Source of the DNA: a virus
DNA length: 64,000 nt
Direction: 5' to 3' (one strand)
IMG/VR virus record: IMGVR_UViG_3300042882_000881
Location: 1 to 64,000 of that record
Part shown: in pieces, positions 56,426 through 64,000 of the stretch
Layout of the letters: each line of letters begins with the position of its first letter
Position numbering within the stretch: position 1 is the stretch's first letter
Position numbers and translations under genes: made by a program
Notes under the pieces: generated by a model
What the model was told of the DNA's origin: nothing
The model's database searches: none
Seen by the model: the letters and a program-made list of their open reading frames with translations, nothing else

Positions 56426-56804
56426 ATGATAGTTCCTTTGTATAATTAAAAACAATATTCATGAATTCAGTAGATATGTTACTAGGTATAATAACCTCAT
56501 CAATATTTTGAATAAAGGATGAAAGTTGCTTATAACTGATATTATGATTGGGTGAGTTTGACATATAGTAGATTATCCTGTTATTCTTATCTTTTAGTCT
56601 TTCATATAAAGATAAATTATCAATCACGATATCATACCCTAAGTTATTAACTTCGGTATAATGAAATCTTGGTAAATCATATTCGCCTTTTGAGGATAGA
56701 TTGTCATATAGCAATATTATATTTTCATATTTTTCATTACAATAATTAATTAGTTTATTATAATTATGATCGCAATAAATAGCTACTGTATTATTTTGAG
56801 GCAT
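56418..56804 (-). CDS. Hypothetical protein
   Basis: Coupled ORF in an AT-rich operon. Confidence 0.6.
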   Translation of the reverse strand: MPQNNTVAIYCDHNYNKLINYCNEKYENIILLYDNLSSKGEYDLPRFHYTEVNNLGYDIVIDNLSLYERLKDKNNRIIYYMSNSPNHNISYKQLSSFIQNIDEVIIPSNISTEFMNIVFNYTKELSYV

Positions 56805-57396
56805 TTGAAAAAAATAGTTCCATGTTATTAATTATAGCGTCACTATTCTCATTCCATGAAATAGCGCCCCTTGGCTTGAATATGCCGTAGGTTTTATTAT
56901 AGAAGCCACACAAGCTCTTTCCAATATTATTATCTATTAAGATCTTAGAGCTACCAACTATTATATCTGTTAAATCTCTACATGTTTTAATTTGTCCACA
57001 ATATTGTACATGATTAAAGTTCTCAGATGATGCATTATAAAATCTAACGTATGTATCATCATATTTGTATATTTTATTATTCACAACGTCAGGAGAATTA
57101 AAAAAAATACACGATATTATATTTTCAACCTTATGATCTTTTTTGGCCATAGAGTTCGGTATTATAAAAGGAATATTATATTCGATAATTTTACTAGATA
57201 TACTTTTAAGATTATAGTTATCTAATGATTCAAAAGCCTTATTTATCCAAATAGTATCAGGATTAATACTATCATAATTATCATAGAATGATAGTTTTGG
57301 ATTTGAAGAATAGAACTTAGTAGAACTATCTATTTGTGAGCACGATGATAAGCTTTCAATATTAAACTTATGATCATAAACTAAAATTTTGCGCAT
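56791..57396 (-). CDS. Hypothetical protein, possibly a degenerate GT-B fragment
   Basis: Coupled ORF; operon context. Confidence 0.5.
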   Translation of the reverse strand: MRKILVYDHKFNIESLSSCSQIDSSTKFYSSNPKLSFYDNYDSINPDTIWINKAFESLDNYNLKSISSKIIEYNIPFIIPNSMAKKDHKVENIISCIFFNSPDVVNNKIYKYDDTYVRFYNASSENFNHVQYCGQIKTCRDLTDIIVGSSKILIDNNIGKSLCGFYNKTYGIFKPRGAISWNENSDAIINNMELFFSNASK

Positions 57397-58057
57397 AATA
57401 TCTTTTTATTTTCTTAAGTGTATTGTTATTTTCAATATGTATTATGTTTTTAGGATTCTCTATATACTTTGATCTAAACTCTCCGCCAGATGAGATTATC
57501 TCATTAATAACTTCAAATATAAAAAAATTATCATTGATATCTATAGATTTTAAAATATCTAACTCAGACTTTGCTAATCCATAAATTCCACAGGTTTTAT
57601 TTGGCAAGTTATAGAACAGGTTCTCTATGCTGTCGTTGTCGTTTAATATGCACCCAATATTATAGGTATTAGAATCATTATCATTTATAAATACCGTTGA
57701 ACTGTCATAATCAAATCGATTGAAAATCTTGTGACTAAATAATATCTTATTAAATAATATTAATACATAATCACTTTCTATATGTTGTAATGCTAGTTTT
57801 AAAGAGAAAGCGTTGTTCTTAATATCATATTGATTATTTTCTATAATATTTATATTTTTGCTCTCATATATTTTAGATGATTGAAATCCACCCACATATA
57901 TAATATTATTAACATTTAATTTTTTCTTTAAATTATATACTTGACTATCAAGAATATTTTGATATTTGTTAATCTTAATATTCGAGAATGCTCCAAGAGA
58001 TTTCATTCCTTTGATAGGCTTGGCACCTAAGATGATAATATCAACTAATTTCTTCAT
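57374..58057 (-). CDS. Sugar/phospho-nucleotidyltransferase-like protein (NTP_transferase/LicC-like)
   Basis: IIILGA..KGMKSLG, ILDSQ, YVGGFQ, ENNQY..NN.FSL. Confidence 0.7.
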   Translation of the reverse strand: MKKLVDIIILGAKPIKGMKSLGAFSNIKINKYQNILDSQVYNLKKKLNVNNIIYVGGFQSSKIYESKNINIIENNQYDIKNNAFSLKLALQHIESDYVLILFNKILFSHKIFNRFDYDSSTVFINDNDSNTYNIGCILNDNDSIENLFYNLPNKTCGIYGLAKSELDILKSIDINDNFFIFEVINEIISSGGEFRSKYIENPKNIIHIENNNTLKKIKRYYAQNFSL

Positions 58058-58790
58058 ATTTGGTATGCATATCTTTGTTCGTTAATAGATTTGAATCATT
58101 CAGACTCTTCACATAGTTAAGTGTTAGATAAGAGAAAAATAAATTATCATTAATATTAATACATCCAAAAGAATGTCCATTCTGTATATAAGAATTAATT
58201 TTTTCACTAAAATTATAATCTTTATACTGTGATGGATAAATTAAAAAGTAGAATCTATCCACCGGAGCACTTTTTATGATAGCTCTAACTCTATGATCAA
58301 AAGTCATTTCCTCGTCAATAAAGTTCTGTAGTCTCCAAGGAATCTTAAGATCATTAAGTATTGGGGATATATCTTTTATTGAAGTACTATATGTTTTATA
58401 TTTTTCTCTAATAACCATTATACCTTTTGGTTTAATCTTTTGATTTATTAAAGAATCTATTATTTTATTAAAATCATCCAAAGATGTACTTTCTTCAAAA
58501 TATATAACGGCTATATACTTTAGCTCATTCTCTTGAACTACTAAACTTTTAGCATCATTGATAGAAGTTAAGTTTTTTTTATCATACCATTCCTTATTTC
58601 GTAAAGATAAACATCTCTTTTTATTTAATACAAAGAATTCTTGCGAATCATCGTATACCTCAAGTACTTCAACACCCATATTTCTATAGTGTTCAATCTT
58701 ATTTAATTCACAAGAAATTTGTGTTTTTCCATTATAAATAGCAAATACGCATGACTTACATGGAGTATGAATAATATCAATTTTGGTCAC
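58041..58790 (-). CDS. Hypothetical protein with an N-terminal Cys cluster and a GT-A-like C-region
   Basis: HTPCKSCVFA..C..C; SLINQKIKP. Confidence 0.5.
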   Translation of the reverse strand: MTKIDIIHTPCKSCVFAIYNGKTQISCELNKIEHYRNMGVEVLEVYDDSQEFFVLNKKRCLSLRNKEWYDKKNLTSINDAKSLVVQENELKYIAVIYFEESTSLDDFNKIIDSLINQKIKPKGIMVIREKYKTYSTSIKDISPILNDLKIPWRLQNFIDEEMTFDHRVRAIIKSAPVDRFYFLIYPSQYKDYNFSEKINSYIQNGHSFGCININDNLFFSYLTLNYVKSLNDSNLLTNKDMHTKYEEIS

Positions 58791-59190
58791 TTTGTAATCT
58801 CCCGCATTCTATATAATATAGTAGTCGATCTGTTTTTACAGTATTAACTTTATAGTTATTATCAACTAATAGTTTGATTACTTCAGATAATGGATATATT
58901 GTTTTATTCTTTATCAGTCCATTAAACTCTTTAAAATTAAAAAATTTATCAATATATAGCTCACAGATTTTATTTAGATCAACCCCAATCAATGATACTA
59001 CTCCTTTTAACCTTAGCTTTGATAATAGAAGTTTTAATGTCTCATTTGGTTCATCCAATAATTCGATAGTGTTATATATATTAATACTCTCTATACTATG
59101 ATCATTTAAGCTCTGTATATTAGATAATGATATTTTTTCAATATCTGGCTGATAATCTTTTATTGACTCATGTTGTATTTGATATTTCAT
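58777..59190 (-). CDS. Degenerate SAM-methyltransferase-like protein
   Basis: DHSIESI..NTIELL..LLSKLRLKG resembles the C-half of Methyltransf_11. Confidence 0.45.
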   Translation of the reverse strand: MKYQIQHESIKDYQPDIEKISLSNIQSLNDHSIESINIYNTIELLDEPNETLKLLLSKLRLKGVVSLIGVDLNKICELYIDKFFNFKEFNGLIKNKTIYPLSEVIKLLVDNNYKVNTVKTDRLLYYIECGRLQSDQN

Positions 59191-59612
59191 ATTAACGATC
59201 TCCAAGTTTGTTTATCTTCTATGTCTATTAGTAAGTTGTGAGACTGGTTTGAATTTAAATATTCGTACTCGTTTAATGCCACGAATATGGACGTATAATT
59301 ATTATTGTATAGCGAATATGTCGAGCTTAATTCTGTCCAATAAGATATTTCACTTCTGGCAACGCTGTGAGAAATATTATCTATGATAATTATATTAGAC
59401 AAGAATCTTCTATAAAATCCGTCTATCTTATTTAGATTAGTTTGATCTGTAATAATACAATCAAAATTATTAAAAACCTGTAATCTATCTAGTATGGTCA
59501 CATCATATGCGTCAAAGTGTTTTAATAATACGTTTGCATATTCTGTATCTAATAATATTTTTTTAGTTATATTTTTTGTAGCGCTTCTAATTAATGAATT
59601 AATTTTAGTCAT
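59187..59612 (-). CDS. Hypothetical protein
   Basis: Coupled ORF. Confidence 0.55.
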   Translation of the reverse strand: MTKINSLIRSATKNITKKILLDTEYANVLLKHFDAYDVTILDRLQVFNNFDCIITDQTNLNKIDGFYRRFLSNIIIIDNISHSVARSEISYWTELSSTYSLYNNNYTSIFVALNEYEYLNSNQSHNLLIDIEDKQTWRSLI

Positions 59613-60661
59613 TTAAAGAACCCATTCTCCTCAAAAGATTCATAGCATTTATTTGAAGCAATTTTATTGTTAATATTTTCATAGATTTTTACCAGTTTAT
59701 CCTGGATAGACATATCATTAATTTTTGGATAACTATTTAGTTCATTGAAATAGATTTTATCTCCATGAAAAACTCTATAATTTGAAGGGGTAGTTTCAAT
59801 AAGGCTATCCAATGAATATGTAAGTATATTTTTAATGTTTATAATAGATAATATATATTTACCAAGATATGATGCCGTGAATATATCTGGATTTATTATA
59901 TAATCTATATTGATATAACAATCTCCTAAAATATGACACTCAATATGTTGCTCAAAATCAGAATATGGGTTGCCTGATATTATAGTTAATAAACTATCTA
60001 TTACAGATGAATCTATAAATTTAAATTGATTTTTTATTTTTTCTATAAGATTCTTTATTATATCATCTAATTCTGAGCCATTCTCATTTTTCAGATATAT
60101 TGTTAAATTGGCATTAACCTTATGAAATACTAATATAAAATTAAAGATTAAACTCTCTATATTCTCAATATTAGATATATCAGTTATTGTATAAAAAATT
60201 TGTTTATCATTTTTAGTCTTTTTCTTATTATCAAATAATTTTGCTATTCTATCCTTGGAATATGGATATCCAATAGTTTTAGTCTTGTCTTTTAAAGAAT
60301 CCCCAAGAAAATCTTTATATTGATCATCAAAAACCCATATTTCATCAGCCAAGGATAACTTGTCTAATCTTGATAAATTTCTTTTTGGAAAATGTTTAAT
60401 ATCTGGAATAAATATATTTTTATAACCAGAGTGATATTCCATATCATCGATTGGTACATATTGAATAATAGTATCAATATCGTCAGACTTTTCTGATGTT
60501 AAAGGACTTAGTATTTCGTCATATTGATTTAATGATAAAAAATCTGGTAAGTTTCTAATCACGCAATCATTTTTTAATAATAAACCATCACACAATCCTT
60601 TTGCCCAGAATCCATTCTCTGTGCATGATTCAAAACTTGTTATTAATAATTTATTTTTCAT
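59609..60661 (-). CDS. Divergent GT4-like glycosyltransferase
   Basis: ADEIWV, FYTI..N...LI..F and H..GDCYIN; the canonical EG(F/W)G motif is absent. Confidence 0.55.
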   Translation of the reverse strand: MKNKLLITSFESCTENGFWAKGLCDGLLLKNDCVIRNLPDFLSLNQYDEILSPLTSEKSDDIDTIIQYVPIDDMEYHSGYKNIFIPDIKHFPKRNLSRLDKLSLADEIWVFDDQYKDFLGDSLKDKTKTIGYPYSKDRIAKLFDNKKKTKNDKQIFYTITDISNIENIESLIFNFILVFHKVNANLTIYLKNENGSELDDIIKNLIEKIKNQFKFIDSSVIDSLLTIISGNPYSDFEQHIECHILGDCYINIDYIINPDIFTASYLGKYILSIINIKNILTYSLDSLIETTPSNYRVFHGDKIYFNELNSYPKINDMSIQDKLVKIYENINNKIASNKCYESFEENGFFK

Positions 60662-62244
60662 TTAATATAATCTTCGTTTATTTTACCAGGTGTTGTTCTA
60701 ATATGTTCTATCATAGCCTTTTGACGTGCAAATCTTTCAAGATTTTCTGCCGCATGTCTTTTAGTATATTGTTCAATATTCGATCCATTTTTGGATGTTC
60801 CATGATCTAAAGAATGCAGAGTATGTTGTATCATTTGTGTCTTCATTAATCCTGGCTCTTTAATTATATTGCAGCAAATATCATTAATGAAATCAAAATT
60901 GCTTAATGAATAATCTAATCTTATATTATCTGGCAATTCATATTTATCAGTACTGTTCCAGTCTTTTGATGTTGATAGATCTATTGAATCTATAGCATCT
61001 TCCCAAACCTTAACAATGTTATTCCAAGAATAATATTCTATAGTCTTTGTTCTTGTATTATTTTTTATAGTATTTTTATCATCATCACTAAGATTTCTAT
61101 ATTCATTTATTAAATCTATAGTTTTATCAATATCTGGATATGCTCTTTTTGCATGACTTTCCATTTCATATTGTAGATTAGCTAGTGGTAATGGGAAACC
61201 ATCTATATTTCTTACAACCTCTGACATAGCACTATAGTCTACTGAAAATACAGGAATTCCACAAGAAGAAGCCTCAATTTGAGGCATGCCAAATCCTTCG
61301 CAAACAGCATATTGTACATATATATCAAATGTGTTATATATCTCAGATAATTGCTCATCAGTTATTCCGCTTGATGTGGTAGCAAACATTGAACTTGGTT
61401 TTGAACAATATTTACACACAGTATTAATACCAGAATAATGAGAACAATAATGTTTTTTACATAATCGACACTTATATGTAAAATAAACCTTATTCATAAC
61501 ATTAAACTGTAATAATAATGATGGAATATTCCAACCATTTAATTCAGGATAAGTTGTATGTAAATAAAGTATACAATTATCCAATTTGCTGATCATCTCA
61601 AATAAAGCTGGTATAAGTTTTCGTTTTTGGTTTCTCATTACAGCACCAATAACAAAAGAGTCTTTTGGTAGTCCAAATTCTTCTTTTGATACCTTCTTTG
61701 ATTTGAAAGTATCATGATCAACACCAGCCGGACTAATCTTATTAAATAATTTTAAGTTCTTAAAATAAGATAGATAATCCTTTGCCCAATTTGTATAAGG
61801 AATGACTAAATCCGCATTACTAAATATGGTAATCCATTCGTTCCTTTGTGGTATAGAATCCACTGGTGGCATTATGATCCATTTGAAATATCTTCTAAGA
61901 GGAGAAAACGATTGATAATCAAACATCCAAGGATCACGAAAATCAATTACTATATCTGGTTTAAAGTCCAAACAAACAGCATCAAATCTCCATTGACCAA
62001 AAGCATTATTAGGATTTGACTTATATGTTTTGTATCTTTCATCAGAAGGTATTACTGAGTTTGGATATATTTTCCATTTGGTCTTAATTGACTTCAAATC
62101 ATTTATGCTGCAAAAACATGCGAATTCTGCAAGTTCGTATTTATTAGAGCTATGTAAGCCTTCTAATAGATTTCTACTCCAATTAGCATAACCAGAGTTT
62201 AATCCGCTATATTCGCCACACAGTAGTATTCTTTTTTTTGTCAT
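60658..62244 (-). CDS. GT4 glycosyltransferase with an inserted Zn ribbon
   Basis: SGYA, GVD..F, RNQKRK, EGFGMPQIEA..CG; CRLC...CKYC insert. Confidence 0.9.
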   Translation of the reverse strand: MTKKRILLCGEYSGLNSGYANWSRNLLEGLHSSNKYELAEFACFCSINDLKSIKTKWKIYPNSVIPSDERYKTYKSNPNNAFGQWRFDAVCLDFKPDIVIDFRDPWMFDYQSFSPLRRYFKWIIMPPVDSIPQRNEWITIFSNADLVIPYTNWAKDYLSYFKNLKLFNKISPAGVDHDTFKSKKVSKEEFGLPKDSFVIGAVMRNQKRKLIPALFEMISKLDNCILYLHTTYPELNGWNIPSLLLQFNVMNKVYFTYKCRLCKKHYCSHYSGINTVCKYCSKPSSMFATTSSGITDEQLSEIYNTFDIYVQYAVCEGFGMPQIEASSCGIPVFSVDYSAMSEVVRNIDGFPLPLANLQYEMESHAKRAYPDIDKTIDLINEYRNLSDDDKNTIKNNTRTKTIEYYSWNNIVKVWEDAIDSIDLSTSKDWNSTDKYELPDNIRLDYSLSNFDFINDICCNIIKEPGLMKTQMIQHTLHSLDHGTSKNGSNIEQYTKRHAAENLERFARQKAMIEHIRTTPGKINEDYIK

Positions 62245-62247
62245 AAT

Positions 62248-62290
62248 ATAAAAGAAGCCCCCTCACCACTAGGATGAGAGGGCCTCTTAT
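62248..62290 (-). terminator. Intrinsic terminator after ssb
   Basis: Minus strand AAGAGGCCCTCTCA..TGAGGGGGCTTCTT followed by TTATTAT. Confidence 0.8.
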
Positions 62291-62301
62291 TTGATTATAG
62301 A

Positions 62302-62676
62302 TCAGAATGCAACAGCTTCTTCTTCTGATACTGAAGTGTTCTTCCTTGGTAGCTTTGGAATCTTAGCAAAGTTATTTACTCTAATCTTTAATGTTGAGTG
62401 CTTAACTCCATCCTTTTCCCAACTATCATTTCGGATAGAACCCTCAACAAACACAAGATCACCCTTCTTGAATGTTTGAGAAATATTCTCCGCTCCAGAA
62501 TCCCATGCTTCACAAGGAATAAACGATGTAATCTTATCCTTGGTTCCATCAGCCCTTGTAAACTCCCTTGATGTTGCAACAGTAAAGTTAACAACAGAAG
62601 TAGCCTTGTCTCCTGTACCAACCTTGCGTAGTTCAGGATCTCGTGCCAAATTACCTCTTAGTGCTACCATATTCAT
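62302..62676 (-). CDS. ssb: Single-stranded DNA-binding protein
   Basis: MNMVALRGNLARDPELR, CEAW, KGDLVFVEG and an acidic tail ending in F. Confidence 0.96.
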   Translation of the reverse strand: MNMVALRGNLARDPELRKVGTGDKATSVVNFTVATSREFTRADGTKDKITSFIPCEAWDSGAENISQTFKKGDLVFVEGSIRNDSWEKDGVKHSTLKIRVNNFAKIPKLPRKNTSVSEEEAVAF

Positions 62677-62726
62677 ATAAAGTTCCTTATCTTAAAAAAG
62701 TTGATTCCAATACCAAACACAAACTT

Positions 62727-62754
62727 ATTATAGGATGACCACAGGAGTAGTCAA
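62727..62754 (-). promoter_or_regulatory. Sigma70-like promoter of ssb
   Basis: Minus strand TTGACT-16 nt-TATAAT. Confidence 0.7.
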
Positions 62755-62756
62755 GC

Positions 62757-64000
62757 CTACAACTGCCACATCTTTTTAATAATCAAGCTAGTGCCTTCCT
62801 TGTTTTTAGACCCGGCAATCAGAACAGTGTTACCGGTATCTAACAGATGATTATATTCCAAATGTTGCTCTGGAAAACATACAACACAGTCCATTCCTCC
62901 AGTAGAATCAGATATGCTGATGAATGACATTTCTTGTCCAGGATTTTTTCCCTTTTTTGTTTTTATAACATTTATATCTTGTAGTTCACAAGCTATAACT
63001 ATTTCTTTTCTGTTAGTATTTTTAAATTCTTTACATGTTGTATTAGCATTAAGAATATCACAACCATCAATTTTAGAACATGTTATAGATGTTCCTAGCA
63101 AACTATGTTCATTATCTGCTATCCATTCTGGAGTATCAATTAAACTATATGGCGGATGTTTCAAAATATTATATATGTCTTTAACAACTATTAGTCTTTT
63201 TGCCGATGCTATACAGGATTTTTTGCCCACTTCGCAAGTGAGAATAAACTCTAATACATCTTGTAAATTTTTAAATTCTGCAAGCTTAAGATTGGATATG
63301 ATCCATGATCGTTCTCTGTCTGTGAATCCAGAAACAGCATTATATATTGCCATCATATAATTTCTGTTCATCTTTAGAAAGTCTAATGATCCAGAACATA
63401 TCAAAGATTTGGCTGCTGTTGAGTTTAGTTTAATTAGTACATTAAAACATAGCTCTATGAATGTCATATTACTAATGTCATAATTATTCTCTTTAATTAT
63501 TACCATTAGTTTATCATACATTGAGTCTCCAAAACCTTTGATGTTAGTTAGTCCAAAATATACGATATTCTCTTTAAGGATAAAATTTTTATTTAACAGT
63601 CTGAGGTCTGGAACTTTAATAGATATGTCCATCTCAATAGCATTATTTACCAATTCCCTAATTTCTTTCTGAGGATCTATTTTATCTTTAGCAAACATGA
63701 GATATGATGTAAAGAATATCTTAGGAAAGTGGGCCTTCGCATATGCTGATAAATATGCATTAAACGCATAACTAACGGCATGACTTTTATTGAATGAATA
63801 TCTTTGAGATTTTTCAATCCAATTAAATAGCTCGTTAGCCTCAGGCTCATTTACTGTTTTTAGCTTTTTTGATCCTTCCAAAAACATTTGTTTAACTTTT
63901 GCCATTTCTTCTGGCTTCTTTTTACCAATAGCTTTTCTTAACATGTCCGCTTCTTTAAGATCGAACCCTGCTATTTTTTGTGCTATTTGCATAGCCTGTT
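62757..64000 (-). CDS. dnaE: DNA polymerase III alpha subunit, C-terminal part (continues beyond the window)
   Basis: AGFDLKEADMLRKAIGKK, YSFNKSHAVSY, FGLTNIKG and a C-terminal OB fold; the frame is open to the window edge. Confidence 0.95.
   Translation of the reverse strand, partial: QAMQIAQKIAGFDLKEADMLRKAIGKKKPEEMAKVKQMFLEGSKKLKTVNEPEANELFNWIEKSQRYSFNKSHAVSYAFNAYLSAYAKAHFPKIFFTSYLMFAKDKIDPQKEIRELVNNAIEMDISIKVPDLRLLNKNFILKENIVYFGLTNIKGFGDSMYDKLMVIIKENNYDISNMTFIELCFNVLIKLNSTAAKSLICSGSLDFLKMNRNYMMAIYNAVSGFTDRERSWIISNLKLAEFKNLQDVLEFILTCEVGKKSCIASAKRLIVVKDIYNILKHPPYSLIDTPEWIADNEHSLLGTSITCSKIDGCDILNANTTCKEFKNTNRKEIVIACELQDINVIKTKKGKNPGQEMSFISISDSTGGMDCVVCFPEQHLEYNHLLDTGNTVLIAGSKNKEGTSLIIKKMWQL

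Larger units (their letters stand above)
1..64000. mobile_element. Segment of a large tailed bacteriophage genome (morphogenesis module plus part of the replication module)
   Basis: Terminase, portal, capsid, tail and tape measure genes in canonical order; phage-type ssb, dnaE and SSAP; dense genes with overlapping start/stop codons; no host housekeeping genes or integrase seen. Confidence 0.96.

Noticed and set aside
222-63360. Many short antisense or alternative-frame ORFs in the track (e.g. 271..732, 35086..35445, 62914..63360)
   Set aside because: They lie within long, well-supported genes and have no RBS or recognisable motifs.
62757-63992. dnaE as a split or truncated gene starting at 63992
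   Set aside because: The frame stays open to the window edge, so the true start cannot be determined here.
1-64000. Stop-codon reassignment, inteins/introns, tRNAs or CRISPR arrays
   Set aside because: Genes are intact in the standard code and use all three stops. No intein motifs were seen in TerL or the visible DnaE, and no cloverleaf or repeat-spacer pattern was noticed by eye.

Overview
The window is a 64 kb, AT-rich segment of a large tailed dsDNA bacteriophage (Caudoviricetes). The tail is probably long and non-contractile, since no sheath gene is recognisable. The + strand (about 0.07-53.4 kb) carries three paralogous Cys-rich genes, a phage sigma factor, a packaging module (putative TerS, HNH, ERCC4 nuclease, TerL), portal, protease/scaffold, decoration protein and major capsid protein. 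These are followed by fibre genes, neck and tail genes, a 3071-aa tape measure protein (TMP) and Cys-rich tail-tip genes. The - strand (53.4-64 kb) carries recombination, glycosylation and replication genes (Rad52-like SSAP, DUF559 nuclease, glycosyltransferases, ssb, partial dnaE). The strongest finding is a cassette of about 1050 aa in the middle of the TMP. It holds enzyme-like cargo modules (ADP-ribosyltransferase, HAD phosphatase, two PD-(D/E)XK-like segments, one unknown), separated by ten [FYL]xxGG motifs and bracketed by two copies of a DTVPAxLxPGEFV domain. This suggests an injected, processed effector polyprotein. Also notable are a circularly permuted FGE/SUMF1-fold gene, a GTGTAW putative late promoter that also precedes a nested scaffold start, paralogous HExxH genes flanking the portal, and a dockerin/CxCxC protein family. 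All product calls come from motif recognition by eye; no database searches were run.
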